The notes beneath the pieces are model-generated. The model did no database searches, was not told where the DNA came from, and saw only the letters and a program-made list of their open reading frames with translations. Both the position numbers and the translations under genes were made by a program. A stretch of DNA of 64,000 nt from Acidobacteriota bacterium (GTDB lineage: Bacteria; Acidobacteriota; UBA890; WLXD01), in the NCBI GenBank assembly GCA_965205505.1, contig CBDBHB010000006.1, positions 160,001 through 224,000 on the forward strand. Direction: 5' to 3'. The number at the start of each line of letters is the position of its first letter. The first letter of the stretch is position 1. Below are positions 31,358 to 40,838 of the stretch, piece by piece.

Positions 31358-32758
31358 TTAGAAGTGGCCTAACGCCTGGCGCAGCGCGGTGTCGATTCGC
31401 TCGTCGTCGCCTGCGAGCAACGTGCGCACGTCGAGGACGAGGCGATCGGCGACCACGCGGCCTACCAGGGCGGGCTCGGTGCCCAGCAAGCGGCGCACCA
31501 ACTGGTCGGGGGTTAGCGGCGTAGCAACGGCAATTCCCCACGATGGCAGCGTGGCGTCCGGGGCTGCTCCGCCGCCGACGCGCGATTCGAGCTGCAATAC
31601 CTCGGTGTTGACGCCGTCGATCGCGTCGACCAGCGCCGCCAGGGACTCGGCGCGCGCCTGTAACCGTGAGGGTTCCTGGCGAAGCATCGCCAAGGTCGGT
31701 ATGGCGTCGGATCGGCCCGCCAAGTAGTCGATCAGCGTTGCCTCGAGGGCCAGGAATGTCACCTTGTCGAGTCGTAGCGCCCGGTACAATGGGTTCGCGC
31801 GGGCACGCTCGACAGCTTCAGGCCGACCGGCAATGAGGCCCGCTTGCGGACCACCGAGCAGCTTGTCGCCTGAGAAAGTCACCAGATCGACGCCGGTGGC
31901 GAGGCGCTGACCGACGGTCGGATCGCCGACTCCGACCACCCCGAGGTCGACGAGGTTGCCGCTCCCGAGATCCTCCACCACCGGCACGCCAGTCTCGCGT
32001 CCCAAAGCGACCAACTGCTCGAGCGGCACGCTCTCGGTAAAGCCTACGACACGATAGTTACTCGGATGCACAGCCAACAGCAGCCCGGTCTCGGAGCCAA
32101 TTGCCTGGCGGAAATCCTCGATACGCGTACGGTTCGTGGTGCCCACTTCGCGCAGACGGCAAAAACCCTTCTCCATTACCTCCGGGATGCGAAACGAGCC
32201 GCCGATCTCGACCAACTGGCCACGCGATACCACCACCTCGCGCCCCTGAGCGAAGGTGTTGAGGACGAGCAGTACGGCGGCGGCGTTGTTGTTCACCACC
32301 GCCACGTCTACACCAGGCAGCAAGCGCTCGAGCAAGCTGGCCACGGGGCGATCGCGCCCGCCGCGCGAACCGCCCGACAGGTCGTACTCGAGGTTCAGGT
32401 AGGCGGTTGCCAGGTCTGCGACGCGGGCGGCGGCAGCTGCGCTCCAGGGCGATCGACCCAGGTTGGTGTGCACGACGACGCCGGTACCATTCACCACCCG
32501 CCGCAAGCGCGTTCGCAGCATTGCTGCGCCCGTTTGCATCACGTCGTCGGCGACCGAGCCGAGCAGCACACCGAGCTCACCGCCGTCGAGGTCGCCGGCC
32601 AAGATCTCGTTTCTCAGGCGATCGAGCAACGCGGCCGCGACCTGGCGGGCGAATCCCCGGCTCCAACCCTCTGCGGCAATACGACGTCGTACCTCCTCGT
32701 CCTCCAGAACCGCGTTCATGCTCGGCAGACGACGAAGCAGCGCTTCAATTGGGCTCAT
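31358..32758 (-). CDS. selA: L-seryl-tRNA(Sec) selenium transferase
   Basis: VVHTNLGR, NLEYDL, VEIGGSFRIP, EVGTTNRT, HPSNY, DLGSG and FSGDKLLGGPQAG. Confidence 0.95.
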   Translation of the reverse strand: MSPIEALLRRLPSMNAVLEDEEVRRRIAAEGWSRGFARQVAAALLDRLRNEILAGDLDGGELGVLLGSVADDVMQTGAAMLRTRLRRVVNGTGVVVHTNLGRSPWSAAAAARVADLATAYLNLEYDLSGGSRGGRDRPVASLLERLLPGVDVAVVNNNAAAVLLVLNTFAQGREVVVSRGQLVEIGGSFRIPEVMEKGFCRLREVGTTNRTRIEDFRQAIGSETGLLLAVHPSNYRVVGFTESVPLEQLVALGRETGVPVVEDLGSGNLVDLGVVGVGDPTVGQRLATGVDLVTFSGDKLLGGPQAGLIAGRPEAVERARANPLYRALRLDKVTFLALEATLIDYLAGRSDAIPTLAMLRQEPSRLQARAESLAALVDAIDGVNTEVLQLESRVGGGAAPDATLPSWGIAVATPLTPDQLVRRLLGTEPALVGRVVADRLVLDVRTLLAGDDERIDTALRQALGHF

Positions 32759-32920
32759 TGGATCCGTTCGAACTACGCTTGGAGCTCGCAGGCCCGGCAC
32801 CGTGCCGGGGAAACTCAAGTTCAGCTCGCTGCAGTCCATCTACAAATCTGCCCGCGGGCTGGTAGCATCGTAGCGTGCAGCGTCGGCACGATGGGATTGA
32901 ATCCCGGCTCAGGGTGACGA

Positions 32921-33295
32921 ATGTCGGAGGAAATCAGAAAACTGCTCCTCGAAAGCCTCGATGAAGAGAGCCTGCGGCTGCTCTTCCCGGATCGCTTCAG
33001 CGAGCCTACCCGAATCAGCCTCATGTACGCGCCGCTGCAAGGCGAGGAGGCGGAGCGCGAGCGCGAGTTGACCGCGCAAGCAGCCGAGTTCGAAGTCACT
33101 ACCGACGTGCGCGACGTGGACGATGAGCCTCGTCACCGGGCCACCTTCACTCTCGATCAGATCGAGCCGTTGTTTCAGCTCTTTCAGCTGATCGGCGAGG
33201 ACCCTTCAAGAGAGACCTACGCGCAGTTCAACGGGCGCCGACTGCCGATGACGATGGAGCTCTGGCTACCGCTTCTATGGGCAATGCGCTTCTAG
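32921..33295 (+). CDS. Hypothetical protein
   Basis: Plausible ORF divergent from selA; C-terminal NGRRLP..ELWLPL; no family recognised. Confidence 0.6.
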   Translation: MSEEIRKLLLESLDEESLRLLFPDRFSEPTRISLMYAPLQGEEAERERELTAQAAEFEVTTDVRDVDDEPRHRATFTLDQIEPLFQLFQLIGEDPSRETYAQFNGRRLPMTMELWLPLLWAMRF

Positions 33296-33371
33296 CAGGG
33301 TGCTGAGCAGTGGTGCAACTCCCGTTCCTCGCGGCCCGCGGCCGGCGCGACCGGTATCACACCACCGCAGT

Positions 33372-33400
33372 TTGACAGCCCACCGGGCAACGGATAGAAA
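33372..33400 (+). promoter_or_regulatory. Putative sigma70 promoter of the nuo operon
   Basis: TTGACA-N17-TAGAAA. Confidence 0.55.
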
Positions 33401-33454
33401 TGACCTCGCCCGCGCATCGGCGGGCGCAGCGACACAACCCCGGATCAGGGCTGT

Positions 33455-33811
33455 ATGGTCGTCTACCTTCCGATAGCGATTTTTCTGGCGGTCGCGATCG
33501 TCTTCGCGGTGCTCCCGCTCATCGTGGGTCGCTTCGTGCGGCCGACTCCGCCCGCAAGCGAGGGGAAGCTGGCTCCCTACGAATGCGGCGTCGAGCCCAT
33601 CCGTGACGCTCACAAACGCTTCCCGATCCGCTTCTACATCGTGGCGATGCTTTTCCTCGTCTTCGACGTCGAAACCGTGTTCATGTTCCCGTGGGCCATA
33701 CGATATCGGGCCTTGGCGTTGTTCGGGTTCATCGAAATGCTCATCTTCTTGGCGATCTTGATCCTGGGCTACGTTTACGCCTGGAAACGCGGGGCACTCG
33801 AATGGGTCTAG
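33455..33811 (+). CDS. nuoA: NADH-quinone oxidoreductase subunit A
   Basis: YECG, FLVFDVE and GALEW. Confidence 0.95.
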   Translation: MVVYLPIAIFLAVAIVFAVLPLIVGRFVRPTPPASEGKLAPYECGVEPIRDAHKRFPIRFYIVAMLFLVFDVETVFMFPWAIRYRALALFGFIEMLIFLAILILGYVYAWKRGALEWV

Positions 33812-34281
33812 TCGAGCATAAGCTCCCGGACAACGTCCTGACCACGACCGTCGATAGCATCATCAACTGGGGTCGCAAGTCGGCGATCTGGCCGCTTACC
33901 TTCGGCCTCGCGTGCTGCGCCATCGAAATGATCGTCACGACTTGCTCGCGTTTCGACATGGCACGTTTCGGCGCGGAGGTATTCCGCGCCACACCGCGCC
34001 AAGCCGATCTCATGATCGTCGCCGGCACGGTGACATTGAAGATGGCTCCTGTCATCAAGCGACTCTACGATCAGATGCCAGACCCGAAATGGGTGATGTC
34101 GATGGGATCGTGTGCTACTTGCGGCGGGCCCTATCCGACCTACAGCGTGCTCCAGGGGGTCGATCGAATTGTTCCGGTCGATGTGTACGTGCCCGGTTGC
34201 CCGCCGCGTCCGGAAGCCCTGCTCTACGGCCTATTGCGGCTGCAGGACAAGATCGACGAAATGAAGGTGGTGCGGAAGTAG
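33802..34281 (+). CDS. nuoB: NADH-quinone oxidoreductase subunit B
   Basis: GLACCAIEM and VPGCPPRPE. Confidence 0.95.
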   Translation: MGLVEHKLPDNVLTTTVDSIINWGRKSAIWPLTFGLACCAIEMIVTTCSRFDMARFGAEVFRATPRQADLMIVAGTVTLKMAPVIKRLYDQMPDPKWVMSMGSCATCGGPYPTYSVLQGVDRIVPVDVYVPGCPPRPEALLYGLLRLQDKIDEMKVVRK

Positions 34282-34312
34282 ACCGCAACCAGCCGACCCG
34301 AGACCTGACTCG

Positions 34313-35140
34313 ATGGCAGACGAACCGCTCGACACCGACAAGACTGATGAGCCGCAGGCTCAGCCGGTCGAAGGCGAGTCCACTGAGGCTCAGTCAGCGG
34401 GGTCGGAAAAGGCGGTCGAGGCAGTCGAGCCACAGCCTGCGTCGGCAGAGGCAGACACGGCAGAGCCGGAACCCGAGCCCGAGCCCGAGCCACATCCGGT
34501 GGTGGCAGCGCTCACGGCTCGCTTCGGCGAAAAGATCACCGACGAGGGCGCCGACAAGCTCGGGACGCCGATCGCGCGCGTCGACGCCGGCGACCTCACC
34601 GAGGTATTGAACTGGCTGCGCGACGACGAGGCGATGGACTTCAACTACCTGTCGAGCGTCACGGCGATCGACTGGACCGATCGCGTTCCCCGCTTCGACG
34701 TGGTGTTCCATGTCTACTCCCTACCGAAGAATCACCGGCTGACCGTGAAGACCGGCTGCGCGGACGGCGAGGGGGTGCCTAGCGCGGTCGACGTGTGGCC
34801 GGCGGCCAATTGGTTGGAGCGCGAGACATACGACCTTTACGGCATCGAGTTTCTCGGCCACCCGGACCTACGCCGCATCTTCATGCCAGAGGACTGGGAG
34901 GGCTTCCCTCTACGCAAGGATTATCCCCTCGAAGGACCCAACCTCGAACTGCTGACCCGTCAGCAAGCGGCGTTTCGTGGGGGTCGCTTCGACCGCATCC
35001 GGGGCGAGTACGAGATCAACGAGCAGGAGCGCGAGATGGCTGGTCCCGGCGTTGTCGGGGCCCTGTGGACACCGCAGCCCGACGAGCCCCCCGACCCCGA
35101 GCCTGACGCAGCGCCAGGCGACGAACCCGGGTCACACTGA
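34313..35140 (+). CDS. nuoC: NADH-quinone oxidoreductase subunit C with acidic/Pro-rich terminal extensions
   Basis: WLERETYDLYG, GHPDLRRI and PLRKDYP. Confidence 0.9.
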   Translation: MADEPLDTDKTDEPQAQPVEGESTEAQSAGSEKAVEAVEPQPASAEADTAEPEPEPEPEPHPVVAALTARFGEKITDEGADKLGTPIARVDAGDLTEVLNWLRDDEAMDFNYLSSVTAIDWTDRVPRFDVVFHVYSLPKNHRLTVKTGCADGEGVPSAVDVWPAANWLERETYDLYGIEFLGHPDLRRIFMPEDWEGFPLRKDYPLEGPNLELLTRQQAAFRGGRFDRIRGEYEINEQEREMAGPGVVGALWTPQPDEPPDPEPDAAPGDEPGSH

Positions 35141-35143
35141 GCC

Positions 35144-36244
35144 ATGCTGGAAACGAAGGAGTTCGAGCTCAACATGGGTCCCCAGCACCCGTCTACGCAC
35201 GGCGTGTTGCGACTGGTGCTGTATCTCGATGGGGAGACCATCGTCGACATCGAGACCGTCATGGGGTACCTGCATCGCGGTACCGAGAAGCTCTGCGAGA
35301 CACGCAACTACTACCAGAACGTGCCGTTCACCGACCGCACCGACTACCTGGCGGCGCCCTACAACAACCTGGGGTACGTCGAAACCGTCGAGCGCCTCGG
35401 GGGCTGGGAGGTATCGGAGCGCGCCCTCTACGCCCGTCTCGCAATTGTCGAGCTAAGTCGCATCGCCAGCCATCTCTTCTGGCTGGCGACCCACGCGCTC
35501 GATATTGGCGCGCAAACGATGCTCTTCTGGTGTACGCGCGAGCGCGAGGTGATTCTCGATTTCTTCGAGGCTGCGCTGGGAGACCGCCTGACCACTTCGG
35601 CGTTTCGCCCCGGCGGGCTGCGCCGCGACCTCCCCGAAGGTTGGACCGATGCGGTGCTCAACTTCTGCAGCAGCTTTCCGCAGCGCATCGAGGAATACGA
35701 AACGTTGCTGAGCGCCAACCGGATTTGGCTCGAGCGCACCGTCGGCGTCGGGGTAATCAGCGGCGAAGACGCCGCTGCGCTCGGACTCTCGGGGCCAATG
35801 ATTCGTGGCTCCGGAGTCGACTACGATATCCGCAAAGCACTGCCCTACGGCGGCTACGACCAGGTGGACTTTGATGTGCCGGTGTTCCCCGACGGGGACT
35901 CTTACGCGCGCTATCTCGTGCGCATGGAAGAGATGCGGCAGTCGGTGCGCATAGTCCAGCAAGCGCTCGCGAAGTTGCCCGAAGGGCCGATCACCGCGAA
36001 GGTGCCCAAGTCGATGCGGATCAAGGATTCGGTAGAGGCGTACCACATCGTCGAGAGCCCGCGTGGCGAGCTCGGCTACTACATCATCGGTGGCAACGGC
36101 GACACGCCCTACAAGTGCAAGATCCGGGCACCCAGCTTCTGCAACCTGCAGGCGATTGCTCCTCTGAGCAAGGGCCACCTGATCGCCGATGTCGTCACCA
36201 TCATCGGAAGCGTCGATATCGTGCTCGGAGACGTCGACCGATGA
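35144..36244 (+). CDS. nuoD: NADH-quinone oxidoreductase subunit D
   Basis: NMGPQHPSTHGVLR, GYLHRG and DIVLGDVDR. Confidence 0.95.
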   Translation: MLETKEFELNMGPQHPSTHGVLRLVLYLDGETIVDIETVMGYLHRGTEKLCETRNYYQNVPFTDRTDYLAAPYNNLGYVETVERLGGWEVSERALYARLAIVELSRIASHLFWLATHALDIGAQTMLFWCTREREVILDFFEAALGDRLTTSAFRPGGLRRDLPEGWTDAVLNFCSSFPQRIEEYETLLSANRIWLERTVGVGVISGEDAAALGLSGPMIRGSGVDYDIRKALPYGGYDQVDFDVPVFPDGDSYARYLVRMEEMRQSVRIVQQALAKLPEGPITAKVPKSMRIKDSVEAYHIVESPRGELGYYIIGGNGDTPYKCKIRAPSFCNLQAIAPLSKGHLIADVVTIIGSVDIVLGDVDR

Positions 36245-37275
36245 GCGACTTCGTGATCGTCAACGTGCTCATCCCGCTCTTCCAGATCGGTGTCTTGCTG
36301 GGGATCCTCGGCCTGGCAACGGGCTACATCGTTCTTGCCGAGCGCAAGATTCTGGCCTTTATCCAGAGTCGCCTGGGGCCGATGCGGGTGGGGCCCCACG
36401 GACTCTTGCAGCCCATCGCCGACGTAGTCAAGTTGCTGCTCAAGGAAGACTTGATCCCCAGCGGGGTAAACAAGGCGATATTCCTGATCTCGCCGATCAT
36501 CGTGGTGGTCGCGGCCTTCACTACCTTGGCACTGGTGCCGTTCGGCGAAGGGATCACGCTTTTCGGATACCACATCCCGGGCGTGATCGCCGACGTCAAT
36601 GTCGGCATCCTGCTAGTTTTCGGGATCAGCGGCCTGGCCACTTACGGCGTCATCCTCGGCGGTTGGTCGAGCAACTCGAAGTACCCACTGCTGGGAGCGC
36701 TACGCGCCGCCGCACAGATGGTGTCGTACGAGATAGCGCTGACCTTTGCCGTGATATCGGGGTTAATGGTCGCCGGTACGCTGTCGATGGTGGGCATCGT
36801 TGAAGCACAGCGCGACATGGGGGTCTGGTTCGTGTTCGTGCAGCCGCTGGCCTGGGGAATCTTCACGATCGCCATGGTGGCCGAGACCAACCGAGCCCCG
36901 TTCGACATGGCGGAGGCCGATTCGGAGCTCGTCGCCGGGTTCTTCACCGAGTACTCCGGAATGCGTTGGGCGCTTTTCTTCCTTGGCGAGTACACGGCGA
37001 TGCTGGTGATGGCAGCGGCCAACGTGACGCTCTTCTGGGGCGGCTGGCTGCGACCGTTCCCGAGTGTCGAGGCGCTCGCCTTCCTCGATCTGGTCCCCAG
37101 CGGTGCCTGGTTCATTCTCAAGGTCGCCACGTTCCTGTTCGTCTACATCTGGATCCGCGGCACCTTCCCACGCTACCGCTACGATCAGCTGATGCGGCTG
37201 AACTGGAAGTCCCTTATCCCGCTGGCAATCGCAAATCTGCTCGTAACCGGGCTTGTCATACTTCTGGTAGGCTGA
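36241..37275 (+). CDS. nuoH: NADH-quinone oxidoreductase subunit H
   Basis: ERK..Q.RLGP, AETNRAPFD and PRYRYDQLM. Confidence 0.95.
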   Translation: MSDFVIVNVLIPLFQIGVLLGILGLATGYIVLAERKILAFIQSRLGPMRVGPHGLLQPIADVVKLLLKEDLIPSGVNKAIFLISPIIVVVAAFTTLALVPFGEGITLFGYHIPGVIADVNVGILLVFGISGLATYGVILGGWSSNSKYPLLGALRAAAQMVSYEIALTFAVISGLMVAGTLSMVGIVEAQRDMGVWFVFVQPLAWGIFTIAMVAETNRAPFDMAEADSELVAGFFTEYSGMRWALFFLGEYTAMLVMAAANVTLFWGGWLRPFPSVEALAFLDLVPSGAWFILKVATFLFVYIWIRGTFPRYRYDQLMRLNWKSLIPLAIANLLVTGLVILLVG

Positions 37276-37763
37276 TGCCCGCTCACGATTCGTCACAGGC
37301 GGCAACCATGTCCTCGGCACCCAAGAAGAGCCTCCTGAGTAGCTTCCTGCTGGTGGAACTGCTCAAGGGAATGTGGCTCACGCTCAAGTACACGTTCCGC
37401 CCCAAGGTCACGGTGCAGTATCCGCTGGAGCGCGAGTCGGTCCATCCGAATTACCGCGGCATCCTGCGTGTCGACGAGTCCACCTGCATCGCCTGCTATC
37501 TGTGCGAGAAGATTTGCCCGGACAACTGCATCGTGCTCGACGGTGAGCGCGGCTACGTCAAGGGCAAGGGTGGTAAGTACGCCACCTTCTTCTACATCGA
37601 CCACGGGCGCTGTCTGTTCTGCGGCCTGTGCGAAGAGATTTGCCCGGTCGATTCGATCTACCACAGCAACGAGTTCGAGGCCGCGGTCTACAACCGCGCG
37701 GACTCGATTCACGATCTTCGCATCCTCGACAGCGGCCACCACATCGTGCACTACGAGCGTTAG
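37275..37763 (+). CDS. nuoI: NADH-quinone oxidoreductase subunit I
   Basis: Two CxxCxxCxxxCP motifs and TVQYP (alternative start at 37308). Confidence 0.95.
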   Translation: MPAHDSSQAATMSSAPKKSLLSSFLLVELLKGMWLTLKYTFRPKVTVQYPLERESVHPNYRGILRVDESTCIACYLCEKICPDNCIVLDGERGYVKGKGGKYATFFYIDHGRCLFCGLCEEICPVDSIYHSNEFEAAVYNRADSIHDLRILDSGHHIVHYER

Positions 37764-37771
37764 CCTGCCGT

Positions 37772-38287
37772 ATGGAAAGCATCGCCTTCTATATCATCGC
37801 CTCGATCGTGATCGTGAGCGCCCTGCTCATGGTCATGAGCCGCCAGTTGGTGCACTCCATCGTCTACATGGTGGTGTCGTTCATAGGCGTAGGCGCGCTG
37901 TTCATTCTGTTGCAGGCGGAGTTCGTGGCCGCGGTACAGATCTTGGTTTATGCCGGCGGCATCGTGGTGCTGTTCTTGTTCGTGGTCATGCTGGTGAACC
38001 TCAACGAGGTCAACGAGGGTGAGTATCTGCACCGGCAGTGGATGCCAGCCGGAGCGATGTTGTTGGTCTTGGTAGTGCAGATCGGCTACTTGCTCTGGGG
38101 CGGTGCCGGCGCGCTTACGGTAGCGCCCGAGCAGGCCGAGACCATTCTACGCGCCGTCGAACAGGGCAACACCGAGACGATCGGGATGACGCTCTACACC
38201 GACTATCTGTTGCCCTTCGAGATCGCATCGATGTTGCTGCTGGTGGCGATGATCGGCGCAATCTACTTGGCTCAGAAGCGAGTCTGA
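37772..38287 (+). CDS. nuoJ: NADH-quinone oxidoreductase subunit J
   Basis: QILVYAGGIVVLFLFVVML and PFEIAS. Confidence 0.95.
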   Translation: MESIAFYIIASIVIVSALLMVMSRQLVHSIVYMVVSFIGVGALFILLQAEFVAAVQILVYAGGIVVLFLFVVMLVNLNEVNEGEYLHRQWMPAGAMLLVLVVQIGYLLWGGAGALTVAPEQAETILRAVEQGNTETIGMTLYTDYLLPFEIASMLLLVAMIGAIYLAQKRV

Positions 38288-38288
38288 C

Positions 38289-38597
38289 GTGGGTACGCTG
38301 GGGCTAGGCCACTACTTGCTGCTGTCGGCGGTGCTGTTCGGCATCGGCGTGATCGGCGTACTCGCACGCCGCAACGTCATCATGGTGTTGATGTGCCTCG
38401 AGCTGATCTTCAATGCCGCCAACATCAACCTGGTGGCCGTGGCCCGCTACCGACCGGATCTCGCCGGGCAGATCTTCACGATCTTCACGATCACCGTCGC
38501 CGCCGCCGAGGCGGCGATCGGGCTGGGCCTGGTGATCGCGATGTTCCGCAACGCGCAGACGGTGAACGTCGACGACGTACACCTGCTGGAGGGATAG
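38289..38597 (+). CDS. nuoK: NADH-quinone oxidoreductase subunit K
   Basis: RRN, ELIFNAAN and VAAAEAAIGL. Confidence 0.95.
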   Translation: MGTLGLGHYLLLSAVLFGIGVIGVLARRNVIMVLMCLELIFNAANINLVAVARYRPDLAGQIFTIFTITVAAAEAAIGLGLVIAMFRNAQTVNVDDVHLLEG

Positions 38598-38604
38598 CGG
38601 CGCC

Positions 38605-40824
38605 GTGATCGAGTACTTCTGGCTCATCCCGCTTCTGCCACTTGCCGGCATGCTCGTTAACGGGCTGCTGGGGTCGCGTTTCATCCGCTCCGAGATAATC
38701 ACCGGCAGCCTTGCCAGCGTGTGCATGCTGCTGGCGTTCATCATCGGCGCCGGCTCGTTCCTCGGCCTCGCCGGTATGGAGCCCGCAGACCGCCACGTGG
38801 AGGTGGTCCTGTACGACTGGATAGACGCCTCGTGGGGCCACATGCACGACAACGACGCCGGGGTCGACGCGGCCCGGTTCGTGGTGCCCTTCGGTTTCCA
38901 GTTCGACCCGCTGTCGGCCCTCATGGTGCTGGTGATCACCGGGGTCGGCTTCTTGATCCATATCTACGCCATCGGATACATGGCGCATGATCCGCCCGAC
39001 CCGGGGTTCTACAGGTTCTTCACCTACCTGAACCTGTTCGCCGCCTTCATGCTGGTGCTCGTGCTGGGCAACTCCTACGCCATGATGTTCATCGGTTGGG
39101 AGGGCGTCGGGCTGTGCTCCTACTTGCTGATCGGCTACTACTACACCAAGAAGTCGGCCGGCGACGCTGCCAAGAAGGCGTTCGTGGTGAACCGCGTCGG
39201 CGATGCCGCTTTCCTGCTCGGCATGTTCACCATCTTCTTCACCTTCGGCACGCTCGACTACGACGACGTCTTCGAGCTCGCCTCCGCCAACTACGAGGTC
39301 GGGGCCGGGGTGATCACCTTCATCACCCTGATGCTGTTCATCGGCGCCACCGGCAAGAGCGCACAAATCCCACTGTTTACGTGGCTGCCTGACGCCATGG
39401 AGGGCCCGACACCGGTGTCGGCCCTGATCCACGCCGCGACGATGGTGACCGCGGGCGTTTACATGGTGGTGCGCTCCAACGTGCTGTTCTCGATGTCGCC
39501 AACGGTCATGACCATCGTGGCGGTCATCGGCGCGCTCACAGCACTATTTGCGGCCTCCATCGCAATGGTCCAGAACGACATCAAACGCGTGCTCGCCTAT
39601 TCCACGATCAGTCAGCTCGGGTACATGTTCCTGGCTTGCGGCGTCGGGGCGTACGCGGTCGGTGTGTTCCACCTGATGACGCACGCCTTCTTCAAGGCGC
39701 TGCTGTTCCTCGCGGCGGGCTCGGTGATGCATGCCCTGAGTGGCGAGCTCGACATGTGGAAGATGGGCAATGTCCGCAAGTACATGCCGGTAACCCACAA
39801 GACGTTCCTGGTAGGTACTCTGGCCATCGCCGGTATCCCGGGGTTGGCGGGCTTCTTCTCCAAGGACGAGGTGTTGTGGTACGCCTGGACCGGTCCCAAC
39901 GGCTCCCCCTGGCTCTGGGCCGTGGGGACGCTGGTCGCCGGCATGACCGCGTTCTACATGATGCGCATGCTGCTGGTGACGTTCTACGGGGAGTCGCGCA
40001 TGGACGAGCACGTCGAGGCGCACGCCCACGAGAGCTCGCGCCTGATCACCGTGCCGCTGGTAGCCCTGGCGGTACTAGCGGTCGTCGGTGGCTACGTGGG
40101 AATCCCTGCCAACCTGCAGGTCGGCCCGCTCGGAGCCTTGCACGACAGCATCGATATCGGGCGCTGGCTCGAGCCGATCACCGGTGGCCACGGCGAAGCC
40201 GATCACGGTGACTCTGCCGAAGTAGCCGAACACGCGGCGGCGATGGCGAATGCCGAGACACAAGTACTCGGAACGCTCGACGGCGACGGCCGCATCGTTG
40301 CCGCCAGTGCGGTGCTGGCCACCGAGGCATCGGCCGCCCAGGTGGCTGCGGAGGACGCGGAGGATCACACGAGGCTCGAGTGGATCTTGATGCTGACCTC
40401 TGTGGCGGTGGCGCTGGCGGGCATGGGGATTGCCTACCGGACGTACGGAGCCGGCGTGAGCCAGGAGCCGCTAGCTCGCTTCTCCGGGATCCACCGAACG
40501 CTGTGGAACAAGTACTGGGTCGACGAGCTCTATGACGCGCTGTTCGTCAACCGCACGAAGGACCTCGGGACCGGCCTGTGGGTGCTCGACGACGCAGTTG
40601 TCGACGGCATCGTCAACGGTGTCGCCGAGTCTACGAAACAGGCTGCAACTGCGGCGACCGAGTTCGACGATCGCGTCGTCGACGGCGCGGTCAACGGAGT
40701 CGGAAACACGTTCTGGGCAGGTTCGTGGATCTTCCGCACCCTGCAAACCGGTTACGTACAGAACTACGCGCTGGTCATCGCCCTCGGGCTGTTCGTGCTG
40801 GTCAGCGTCTACATGTTCTTGTAG
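38605..40824 (+). CDS. nuoL: NADH-quinone oxidoreductase subunit L
   Basis: KSAQIPL..WLPDAMEGPTPVSALIHAATMV and HAFFKALLF. Confidence 0.95.
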   Translation: MIEYFWLIPLLPLAGMLVNGLLGSRFIRSEIITGSLASVCMLLAFIIGAGSFLGLAGMEPADRHVEVVLYDWIDASWGHMHDNDAGVDAARFVVPFGFQFDPLSALMVLVITGVGFLIHIYAIGYMAHDPPDPGFYRFFTYLNLFAAFMLVLVLGNSYAMMFIGWEGVGLCSYLLIGYYYTKKSAGDAAKKAFVVNRVGDAAFLLGMFTIFFTFGTLDYDDVFELASANYEVGAGVITFITLMLFIGATGKSAQIPLFTWLPDAMEGPTPVSALIHAATMVTAGVYMVVRSNVLFSMSPTVMTIVAVIGALTALFAASIAMVQNDIKRVLAYSTISQLGYMFLACGVGAYAVGVFHLMTHAFFKALLFLAAGSVMHALSGELDMWKMGNVRKYMPVTHKTFLVGTLAIAGIPGLAGFFSKDEVLWYAWTGPNGSPWLWAVGTLVAGMTAFYMMRMLLVTFYGESRMDEHVEAHAHESSRLITVPLVALAVLAVVGGYVGIPANLQVGPLGALHDSIDIGRWLEPITGGHGEADHGDSAEVAEHAAAMANAETQVLGTLDGDGRIVAASAVLATEASAAQVAAEDAEDHTRLEWILMLTSVAVALAGMGIAYRTYGAGVSQEPLARFSGIHRTLWNKYWVDELYDALFVNRTKDLGTGLWVLDDAVVDGIVNGVAESTKQAATAATEFDDRVVDGAVNGVGNTFWAGSWIFRTLQTGYVQNYALVIALGLFVLVSVYMFL

Positions 40825-40838
40825 AGAACGAGGCACCA

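Larger units (their letters stand above)
29959..31364 (+). mobile_element. IS110-family insertion sequence (IS1111-like layout)
   Basis: Sub-terminal inverted repeats GAGAAGGCC (29966-29974) / GGCCTTCTC (31349-31357); AG core at both junctions; long downstream non-coding region. Confidence 0.9.

Noticed and set aside
34460-34492. (GAGCCC)n repeat as a contingency locus
   Set aside because: It is an in-frame hexamer encoding an EP linker in NuoC; length changes would not switch expression.
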